A stretch of DNA of 42,707 bases, taken from the sequence record DRR723986_11617. One strand, 5' to 3'. Made by a program: the position numbers and the translations under genes. How positions within the stretch are numbered: position 1 is the first letter of the stretch; each line of letters opens with the position of its first letter. The notes under the pieces were generated by a model that searched no databases, had not been told where the DNA came from, and worked only from the letters and a program-made list of their open reading frames with translations. Positions 18,654 through 26,656 of this stretch are shown piece after piece.

Positions 18654-21014
18654 TTAGTAGCTGTAACTCAGCGACACAGCCCATGTGCGCGGGCTATTGT
18701 AGCCGCCGCTCACAAAGGGGCCGACCACATAGCTGTTGGTCAACACACGCTTGTCTTCAAGGTTTTTACCTTCCACCGCAACACGCCATTTGCGATCCTG
18801 GGTCTCAAAAGCGACCGAGGCATTCACAATGTGGTGCTCTTCTTGTTGCTGCACGTCGGCAAAGGCATCGCGCTTATCTATTGGAGAGTTGGTGTAGGAC
18901 GATGTTCTCCACGATACATCAGCCGCCGCCGTCAAGGTACCGTAGTCACGAATGTCGACAACATACTGGCTGTTCAGCTGGGCATTCCACTCAGGAGAAA
19001 AACCGATCTCGGTGAAGGGCGCGATGTCCACGTCGTTACCGGCGCTATCTTGCGTTTTATATGACTTAACGGTGCTATTCAGATAGCCCACATTTAGGCC
19101 TAACAACCAGCTGTCAGTGGCTGAGAAACGCATTTCCAGCTCGCCGCCTTCTGTGGTCATTTCACCGACGTTATCCACCGACTGATCAAGGCTCGCACCA
19201 TTCAACACGGTTATTGCAAACTGCTTGTCCTGATAATCGTTATAGAACAGCTCGGCGTTCATCTGCAGTCGACCCGACAACATGGTGGTCTTCACACCAA
19301 GGGTGTATGCCATCACCGTTTCAGGGTCAAACTCTGTCACTAAGCCGCCCTGATTCTGGAAGCCGCCCGCTTTAAAGCCACTTGCCACACCGCCGTATAC
19401 CAGGGTGTCCTCGCTGACGAAGTGCGACAACTTCACCGTGGGTGATAGCTCGTGCCAGGATTCACTGGCCTTGGGGTTGATGTCATTTGACGTTGTAAAC
19501 GAGCGGGTGAACGGCGTCGCCCAACCGGCGAACGCAGGGCTTGTCTCAACAGTCGCTTCCTGCCCCGGCGCGATCGCCACGATGGCACTGGGCGGGAACC
19601 CCTGAATCAAGGCGAGAGCAAAGAAGCGCTGATCGATTGTCGAACGCTGCTCGATAGCCTTGCTGTCCTTTGTGAAGCGCAGACCGGTCGACAACTGCCA
19701 ATCGGAGGCAAAATCCCAGTCCAGCGAACCGTAGACCGATTTAGACTCAACTTCCTGCCGGTCGTAGAAGTCCTCTTTGCGGTGGGTTTGTACCGCGCGC
19801 AGGCGCTCATATTGCTCAGTAATATTGTTGTAGTCCTGCTTACCATCGAGGTAGTAAGCGCCGATCACACCACTGAGCGTTTCGCTGCTGTAGTTAAATT
19901 GGAATTCCTGGCTGAAATCTTCGCTCTCAACCGGGCGTAATGTGGTAATGAATTGCTGGTCAGTGCCATCGAAGTCAAACACCTGCGTGTTGTCCATCGT
20001 ACGACGGGCGGTCACCGACTTAAACGACCACGTATCGTTGATGTCCCACTGGTAGGTTGCCGCCAGCGTGGTCGTTTCAATTTCATAGTCATCAAAGCCA
20101 TCGCCAAACTCGGTATTCACCACATCGCGGCGATTAAACGAGGTATCGTTGGCGCTATTGACCAGCCCGGTTCCAGGGCCGAAGAAATTGTTTGCCCCCG
20201 AGATCACAAAGTCGATACCCGCCAGGGTAGCAGCGTCAACCGCCAGGCGCTCAGGCAGGCGCGCCGCCGAATTGTCTTGCATAATATCGGCGGCAAGGGT
20301 GAGTTCATGACCCTCTTTCATGCGCCACAGCAGGCTACCGCGCAACGCGGTAACGTCTTCATCCCAATAGCCTTCGCCATTACTGCGATTCCGTTGCAGC
20401 GCGTCGCGCTCACTGCGCAGGAACCCGGCGCTGCCGTATAAACCGGCATCGCTGCTAATCGGCCCAGAGACACTGCCGCTTAACTCTGCTGCGCCGAACG
20501 CGCCGTATGAGGCTTTGACATCACCCATTAACTCGTCGCCAGGCTTGCGCGTCACATACTTCACCGCACCACCAATAGTATTGCGGCCATAGAGGTTACC
20601 CTGGGGGCCTTTCAACACCTCGATACGCTCTATGTCATAGGACTTCAGCAGCGCCCCCGTTGTGCGGTTTAGGTAAATATCATCGAGATAGATTCCCACC
20701 CCCTGATCGAAGCCGGGGTCATTACCGATACCGCGAATAAACACCTGCACCGCGCCCGCAACCAAACCACTGGTTTCGTTGAGGGTCACATTGGGCGTCA
20801 TGCGTTGCAGGTCAGTAATATCGTCAACCTGTGCGGTTTCTAACTGCGAACTGCTGAAAGCGCTCACCGCCATGGGCACTTCTTGCAGGCTTTCAGCGCG
20901 CTTACGGGCGGTGACTAGCACCTCTTCTATCGGCGAGTTATTCGCCAAGACGGGCAGGGCTGGTGTGGCGATACCCAGACACATGAGGCTGGAAATAAGA
21001 CGTCTATGAGTCAT
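18654..21014 (-). CDS. TonB-dependent receptor
   Basis: Signal peptide, TonB box EEVLVTARKR, plug IERIEVLKGPQGNLYGRN, C-terminal PRTWAVSLSYSY. Confidence 0.95.
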   Translation of the reverse strand: MTHRRLISSLMCLGIATPALPVLANNSPIEEVLVTARKRAESLQEVPMAVSAFSSSQLETAQVDDITDLQRMTPNVTLNETSGLVAGAVQVFIRGIGNDPGFDQGVGIYLDDIYLNRTTGALLKSYDIERIEVLKGPQGNLYGRNTIGGAVKYVTRKPGDELMGDVKASYGAFGAAELSGSVSGPISSDAGLYGSAGFLRSERDALQRNRSNGEGYWDEDVTALRGSLLWRMKEGHELTLAADIMQDNSAARLPERLAVDAATLAGIDFVISGANNFFGPGTGLVNSANDTSFNRRDVVNTEFGDGFDDYEIETTTLAATYQWDINDTWSFKSVTARRTMDNTQVFDFDGTDQQFITTLRPVESEDFSQEFQFNYSSETLSGVIGAYYLDGKQDYNNITEQYERLRAVQTHRKEDFYDRQEVESKSVYGSLDWDFASDWQLSTGLRFTKDSKAIEQRSTIDQRFFALALIQGFPPSAIVAIAPGQEATVETSPAFAGWATPFTRSFTTSNDINPKASESWHELSPTVKLSHFVSEDTLVYGGVASGFKAGGFQNQGGLVTEFDPETVMAYTLGVKTTMLSGRLQMNAELFYNDYQDKQFAITVLNGASLDQSVDNVGEMTTEGGELEMRFSATDSWLLGLNVGYLNSTVKSYKTQDSAGNDVDIAPFTEIGFSPEWNAQLNSQYVVDIRDYGTLTAAADVSWRTSSYTNSPIDKRDAFADVQQQEEHHIVNASVAFETQDRKWRVAVEGKNLEDKRVLTNSYVVGPFVSGGYNSPRTWAVSLSYSY

Positions 21015-21200
21015 GCTTTCTCTTCCGTTTTACCGAGTTATTATGTTTATTCACTCTCGCTACTATGCACTGTAGTCGTGCATTTACGTGTTTTCCAAGT
21101 CAGAGCTTACGCCTGCAGCCGTGAAAAACGACAACAAAATCATTCATAAAAATGCGCCGAAGCGTTCATTTTTTGTACAGCACAAAAATTGCAGTTTGAG

Positions 21201-22298
21201 TCATTGATGCAAGCTCGCGAACCCATCTTCTGCCGCTCGGCTCCCAGCGGGCGGCTCGTCTAAACCGGGAATATGGCAGACGCCATTCACGTCACTGCTG
21301 CTGGCCTTTGCCTGATCCACAGGCTGATAGAACTGTTTGTACCAACGCCGCCCTCGGGCAAACGGCCCATCACTTTTTAGTTGTAATACCCGCGTCGCCG
21401 CCCGCTTGTTTTGCCAAATGCCAAAATCGGATGCCAACGAATCCAACGCTCCCGCCTGAATTTGACGGGCCTGCTCCCGCTCCGCCTCGCCCGGCGAGCT
21501 GTTGCCACTGTTCACCAACACGCCGTGCCAGAGTTTGGTCACACCGTCTTCCACTGGTGTATTGGCAATGAATTCAATGCTCTCCACCTCGGCAAATAAC
21601 TGGTGAGACAGCAACAGGCCGGGGCCGGTGTACCACGTGGTGGTTTGCAGCATCGCCTGGTATTCCTTGTGAAAACCGCCCTGACGCTGAATGTAGATGT
21701 GGTCGCGCCACTCATTCTCGAAGTATTCGCAGGGTGCACCGTGGGTCGGCCCTAAGTGCCGGGCATCCGCCATATTATCGATCACCTCCTGAGGCTGAAC
21801 GGGCAGCTCACCGAGGTGATCCATTTGCCACTGAATCCACTGTGGCTGGTGCCACTGGTCCAAGGCCGGTGCCGGGTATTGCGGCTGGCTACCGTCTTCG
21901 TCAAACCACATCCAGATACCACCAATGCCCTCCTCCACCGGGTAGCTGGTTAGCTTAGCCGAGCGCGGCATCGGGCCGTCGTGATAGGGAATGTCATCGC
22001 AAACCCCATCCGGCCCAAAGCGCCAGCCGTGGTAGGGGCAGCGAATCGACGAACCTTCGATTTGCGCGCCTTCTTTAGCGATAACAGCGGTATCGCTGGC
22101 GGCGATGTGACACTGCATATGCGGACAATAGGCATCGAGCAGCACCGGCTTGCCATCCTCGCCGCGATAGAGTGCAAAATCGCGGGCAAAAAAACGCAAG
22201 GCCAGCGGCGACTGTCCAAGCTCGCTCGACTCTGCAATTAAAAACCAACCTCTGGGAAAGGTGTTTGGACCCAGTCCATAGTCTGCGGCCTTCGCCAT
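21201..22298 (-). CDS. Rieske oxygenase, 3-ketosteroid 9-alpha-hydroxylase (KshA)-like
   Basis: FPRGWF, CPHMQCH...CPYHGW, IDNMADARHLGPTH, DFGIWQNK, DGPFARGRRWYKQFY. Confidence 0.85.
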   Translation of the reverse strand: MAKAADYGLGPNTFPRGWFLIAESSELGQSPLALRFFARDFALYRGEDGKPVLLDAYCPHMQCHIAASDTAVIAKEGAQIEGSSIRCPYHGWRFGPDGVCDDIPYHDGPMPRSAKLTSYPVEEGIGGIWMWFDEDGSQPQYPAPALDQWHQPQWIQWQMDHLGELPVQPQEVIDNMADARHLGPTHGAPCEYFENEWRDHIYIQRQGGFHKEYQAMLQTTTWYTGPGLLLSHQLFAEVESIEFIANTPVEDGVTKLWHGVLVNSGNSSPGEAEREQARQIQAGALDSLASDFGIWQNKRAATRVLQLKSDGPFARGRRWYKQFYQPVDQAKASSSDVNGVCHIPGLDEPPAGSRAAEDGFASLHQ

Positions 22299-22310
22299 TG
22301 CTTACTCCTT

Positions 22311-23072
22311 TTAAATACTATCGGGGCGGAACATGGCGTCATGACCGCCGTCCACATACAGCAGAGAGCCGCTGACAAACGCCGCCTCTCCGCTCAGTAA
22401 AAATCCGATGGCGTTGGCCATATCCTTCGTCTCACCCGCGCGCCCGAGGGGGATGCTGGCCAGAAACTCTTTGATCGCCGGGCCGTATTCCGGGTGGTTT
22501 TCCGTCTCGGCTGTCATCGCAGTGCGGGTGTAACCCGGTGCCACCGCATTCAAACGCACGCCGCGGCGCGCATAATCAGGCGCCTTATGACGCATCCATC
22601 GCGCCAATGCTTGCTTGGAACCGCTGTACGCGGCATGGCCGCTCACCGCCGACAAGCGCGCCGTCATCGCCGCATGGTCACCGGCGATAAGCGCTTCGAT
22701 ATACACGTCGTCGCTGGGCTGGGGCGCAGAGTTAGAGGACACCAGAACCACCGCGCCGTGGCGCTGCGCCAAGGCATCAGCCAGGCCCTCCACTAGCGCG
22801 ACCGATCCAAAAAAATTCACCTCGGGGATCAGCTCAACACGTGGACTGGTTCCGCCGATGCCTGCGCAACAGACCAAGCCATCCAGACCATCGGGGAAGG
22901 CGCTCAATATTTGGCTGACCGCGCCGCGGCGGCCCGACTCCGTCGATAAGTCTGCGACAATATCGGCATCCTGGCGGTCCAGGCCGACCACTCGCTCGCC
23001 ATCACTCACCAAGCGCTCACACACCGCCGCACCAATGCCTGATGCGCTGCCTGTTACCACGTATCCGCCCAT
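22311..23072 (-). CDS. SDR, 3-alpha-hydroxysteroid dehydrogenase-like (start ATG 23072)
   Basis: VTGSASGIG, ADLST..GR, LDGLVCCAG, VNFFG, YSGSK, VDGGHDAMFRP. Confidence 0.85.
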   Translation of the reverse strand: MGGYVVTGSASGIGAAVCERLVSDGERVVGLDRQDADIVADLSTESGRRGAVSQILSAFPDGLDGLVCCAGIGGTSPRVELIPEVNFFGSVALVEGLADALAQRHGAVVLVSSNSAPQPSDDVYIEALIAGDHAAMTARLSAVSGHAAYSGSKQALARWMRHKAPDYARRGVRLNAVAPGYTRTAMTAETENHPEYGPAIKEFLASIPLGRAGETKDMANAIGFLLSGEAAFVSGSLLYVDGGHDAMFRPDSI

Positions 23073-23115
23073 GATCTTCCCCTTTGTTATTCTGATTGCT
23101 TGGCTGAGGCAAACC

Positions 23116-23877
23116 TCAGCCGACTCTTGATTGGCCGCCGTCCAGCGCGATGCTTTGACCATTCACGTAGCGACAGGCATCGCTGCATAAGCTGGCGACA
23201 AACTCACCAATATCCTCTTTGCACTCACCGATGCGGCGCATGGGGATAGAGGCAACAAACTCGGCAGCTTCCTCTGGCCGGTTCTCCGTCCACCATTGCA
23301 ATGCCGGCGACATCGCGTGGGGCAAAATGACATTCGTGCGAATACCCTCTGGCCCCCACTCGCAGGCGGCGGCCCGGCTGTAGGCGCGAATCGCTTCCTT
23401 CACGGCCGCATAAGCTCCGTACCCGGACATATCCCAACGCATCGCCGCCGACGACGCTAAATTCACAATCACGCCATCGCCTTTCAAATGGGGGTAGCAC
23501 AACTTCATCAGGCGCAGTGTTGCCACCGGCCCGGATTGCCAGCCCGCCTCAATCGCGTCTTCGCTAACGTCGAGCAAATTTCCCAATGGCACTTCCTGTG
23601 CATTGTTCACCAGGATCTGAAGGCCACCCAGCTCCGCCACGCAGCGTTCAACCGCGGCGGCTAATTCCTCTGCACTCTTTACATTGGCGCTAATTGCCAA
23701 GGCCTCGCCGCCCGCTGCCGCAATGCGCTCGCGTGTTGATTCGAGCTTATCGAGGCTGCGCCCGAGCAGAGCGACCGCCGCGCCGCGTTCGGCTAACGCC
23801 AGCGCAATACCCTGGCCAACGCCTTGCCCGGCACCCGTTACCAGTGCCACTTTATTTTTCAAAAACTGTTCTGCCAT
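23116..23877 (-). CDS. Short-chain dehydrogenase/reductase (start ATG 23877)
   Basis: TGAGQGVG, VNNA, YAAVK, LDGG. Confidence 0.92.
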   Translation of the reverse strand: MAEQFLKNKVALVTGAGQGVGQGIALALAERGAAVALLGRSLDKLESTRERIAAAGGEALAISANVKSAEELAAAVERCVAELGGLQILVNNAQEVPLGNLLDVSEDAIEAGWQSGPVATLRLMKLCYPHLKGDGVIVNLASSAAMRWDMSGYGAYAAVKEAIRAYSRAAACEWGPEGIRTNVILPHAMSPALQWWTENRPEEAAEFVASIPMRRIGECKEDIGEFVASLCSDACRYVNGQSIALDGGQSRVG

Positions 23878-24121
23878 AACTCCCCCTTGGCATTTTTTAA
23901 GGATGGTAGCCCCCTGTCTCGGCGAACCCGACGACAAAAAACACTATTTTTATGCACATTTTCGTTACCTCATCGGCGCTGAATTTTTTGGCCAACGAAT
24001 CTGATTGGAAATGTGCTCAGCAAGTGTAGTGCGCCTCTCTACTATGGGCGCCACCCATCGCGGTGAGCTCGCCGTGACCCTTCGACGACTATCCTGCAAC
24101 GAGTAATGAGAAGCGCAAATT

Positions 24122-24988
24122 ATGAAGTTTTGCTACAACCCAAGTATGTGCCCGGTAGGCCAATACACAGCGCTTGCACACAGCGCCGAGCAGCTCGGCT
24201 TTAACAGCTTGGCACTGCCAGACAGCCTGAGCTTTCCCGAACACTCATCGTCGAAATACCCCTATAACGGCTCCGGCTCGCGAGATTTTCTGAAGGGTCA
24301 GCCGTTTGTCGAACCGATGGTGGCGATTCCCTTTCTTGCGGCACATACCAAAACACTGCGTTTTGTCACCTCGGTCTACAAGCTGGCGGTTCGCCAACCA
24401 TTGGTGGTGGCCAAACAGTTGTCGAGTCTGCTGTCACTGTGCGGTGACCGGCTGGACTTCGGCGTTGGTATCAGCCCCTGGCCAGAAGACTTTGAAGGCT
24501 GCCAAATTCCCTGGGAAAAACGCGGTCAGCGCCTGAACGAGCAAATCGATATTCTTCGCGGCCTGCTCAGCGGCGACTTCTTTAGCTACCAAGGGCAACA
24601 GCTGTCGATCGACAGCATGCAGCTCTGCCCCACTCCCGAATTCGCCTTGCCGATTTTGATTGGCGGCCACTCCGACGCCGCCTTAAAACGGGCCGCAAGA
24701 CTTGGCGATGGCTGGATTGGCGCCGGCGCCAGCCTCGACGAATACCGCCAGCTTATCGACAAGCTTAAGGAATACCGCAAAGTCTACGAGCGCGAGCACC
24801 TGCCCTTTCGTATTCAAGTGGCCTCGGGTGATGTATTTAGCCAACGAGGACTCGACGCGCTAACTGAAATGGGCGTGGATGAGTGCCACGTCGCCTTCCG
24901 CAATGCCTATGAAGATGGCGTCGACCGAAGCAGCCTTGCACAAAAACAAGACCAACTGGCCAGCTTCGCGCAGCGCTTGATCCGCTAA
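24122..24988 (+). CDS. Luciferase-like (LLM) oxidoreductase, resembling the probable F420-dependent Rv2161c type
   Basis: AEQLGF, SSKYPYNGSG, EPMVAI, R-P-VVAKQ, PILIGGHSDAALKRAARLGDGW. Confidence 0.8.
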   Translation: MKFCYNPSMCPVGQYTALAHSAEQLGFNSLALPDSLSFPEHSSSKYPYNGSGSRDFLKGQPFVEPMVAIPFLAAHTKTLRFVTSVYKLAVRQPLVVAKQLSSLLSLCGDRLDFGVGISPWPEDFEGCQIPWEKRGQRLNEQIDILRGLLSGDFFSYQGQQLSIDSMQLCPTPEFALPILIGGHSDAALKRAARLGDGWIGAGASLDEYRQLIDKLKEYRKVYEREHLPFRIQVASGDVFSQRGLDALTEMGVDECHVAFRNAYEDGVDRSSLAQKQDQLASFAQRLIR

Positions 24989-25031
24989 GCCGAATCACTC
25001 TTGCACCTTTGCAGATAGGTGCGTCCCGCTT

Positions 25032-25055
25032 GCCGGTGTATGCCGGCTTTTTTTT
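25032..25055 (+). terminator. Intrinsic terminator after the LLM gene
   Basis: GCCGG-TGTATG-CCGGC followed by T8. Confidence 0.7.
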
Positions 25056-25107
25056 GCTCGGCGCACTGCCAAAGCAAAAATGGTGGAAGCAGAAACCCCA
25101 CTCCAAA

Positions 25108-25144
25108 TAAGACACTTGACTTATTAAGACGATCGTCTTATCTT
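25108..25144 (+). promoter_or_regulatory. Sigma70 promoter overlapped by tandem TetR-type operators
   Basis: TTGACT (25116-25121), N17, TATCTT (25139-25144); perfect palindrome TAAGACGATCGTCTTA (25125-25140) and near copy TAAGACACTTGACTTA (25108-25123). Confidence 0.8.
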
Positions 25145-25151
25145 GCCCAGC

Positions 25152-25817
25152 ATGACAACAGACCAGCACGACAATCTCAGCTTAAGCAGCGGCGCCTTGC
25201 AGCTCGTACTCAGCGCCGAACAATTGATCGCAGACAAGGGCATAGACGGAGTATCCAGCCGCGAAGTTGCCCGCGCCGCCGGTCACAAAAACCACTCTGC
25301 GGTGAACTATAACTTCGGCTCCTTTGACGGCCTGATAGAAGCGATCATCGACTATCGGGTGCGCCCGATTAATCAACAGCGGGAAGTGCTGCTCACCGCC
25401 TTGCTGGAACAACAGCAACAGCCAACGCTTTACGCGCTGGTCGATTTAATGGCCAGACCACTGGCCAGTGAGTTGCTTCGCGGCAATGGCGAGAGCCGCT
25501 ATCTAAGCTTGATTGCGCAGCTGTTATCGCGCGGTCACTGGCGCGAGCTGTTCCTGCGCAATCGCGCGCGCTCTTCGGCCTTGATCAAAATCAGTGAGCT
25601 TATGGCCGCGCAATTGGCCGATACGCTGCCGAGTGAGATCTACAACGAGCGCGTTCGCTTGCTGGGTAGTCAGATTATTTACAGCATTGCCGAGTGGGAC
25701 AACTTGCAGCACAAGGGCCAGCTCGCGCTGGACGAGAGCAGCTTGGAGTGGCGCCTGCAAAACCTGATCGAATACGCGATAGGCGGCCTGACCGCCAACC
25801 ATAATAAGAGGAACTAA
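25152..25817 (+). CDS. TetR/AcrR-family regulator (start ATG 25152)
   Basis: AEQLIADKGIDGVSSREVARAAGHKNHSAVNYNFGS HTH. Confidence 0.9.
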   Translation: MTTDQHDNLSLSSGALQLVLSAEQLIADKGIDGVSSREVARAAGHKNHSAVNYNFGSFDGLIEAIIDYRVRPINQQREVLLTALLEQQQQPTLYALVDLMARPLASELLRGNGESRYLSLIAQLLSRGHWRELFLRNRARSSALIKISELMAAQLADTLPSEIYNERVRLLGSQIIYSIAEWDNLQHKGQLALDESSLEWRLQNLIEYAIGGLTANHNKRN

Positions 25818-25819
25818 GC

Positions 25820-26656
25820 ATGGAACTCATGCCGCACATCGAACTCGTTATTCTCAGTATTTTCCTGATCGCCTTCCTTGTTGAGCTGGCGGGGGGCCGC
25901 CTTAAAAAATCGCCACGGCCGCTGCGCGACTTTGTATTTATGTTATTTGGCATGTTTTCCAACCTACTTCTGGCTGGCGCGGTCATCGGTAGTGTGATCG
26001 GTTGGCTGCTAGCCAAGCAATTTCCAGACAGCGCTGGCAGCCTCGCTGGCACAGCCTTCTGGTTGGCCTTTCCGGTTATTTTCTTTATTGAAGAGTTTGC
26101 CCATTACTGGCTGCACCGCGCCGCCCATGAATGGCGCTGGCTGTGGAAAATCCACCGCACCCACCACAGCGCCGAGCACCTGAATATTTCCGTGGTCTAC
26201 CGCTACAATTTCTTTTGGGTATTCATGTTGCCGCAAACCTGGATGGGCGCTCTTGCAGTGTATTTCGGCCTGGGAGAGGCCTTCCTGGCAGCGGTGTTTG
26301 TCACCTACCTGGTGAACCTTGGTACCCATAGCAGCTATCGCTGGGATTTGTGGCTGCGCAACAAAGCCCCCGTATTGGAACCCGTATGGAAGGTGATTGA
26401 GCGCGTCGTGACCCTGCCCGACACGCATCATGCCCACCATGCCTATGGCAAGTCTGCCCACCCCAATGGCAACTATGCCGTCACCGTGTTCTTGTTTGAT
26501 ATGCTGTTTGGCACCGCCAAAATTCCCAATGGCCGCCAAACCCGCTACGGCTTGCCCATTTCCCCGCGCTTGCACTGGGCTGAGGAATTGCTGTGGCCAG
26601 TGGTGCGCAAACCGCTGCTGCCCAAGCCCGAGCAAGCGGCAAAAACCGACGTCTAG
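25820..26656 (+). CDS. Sterol desaturase / fatty-acid hydroxylase family membrane di-iron enzyme
   Basis: His boxes HRAAH, HRTHH, HHAHH; GNYA...FDMLFGT; several TM segments. Confidence 0.88.
   Translation: MELMPHIELVILSIFLIAFLVELAGGRLKKSPRPLRDFVFMLFGMFSNLLLAGAVIGSVIGWLLAKQFPDSAGSLAGTAFWLAFPVIFFIEEFAHYWLHRAAHEWRWLWKIHRTHHSAEHLNISVVYRYNFFWVFMLPQTWMGALAVYFGLGEAFLAAVFVTYLVNLGTHSSYRWDLWLRNKAPVLEPVWKVIERVVTLPDTHHAHHAYGKSAHPNGNYAVTVFLFDMLFGTAKIPNGRQTRYGLPISPRLHWAEELLWPVVRKPLLPKPEQAAKTDV

Noticed and set aside
17380-21190. Shared AGCACAAAAA words near 17385 and 21179 as AraC binding sites
   Set aside because: Too short and A-rich to distinguish from chance without a motif analysis.
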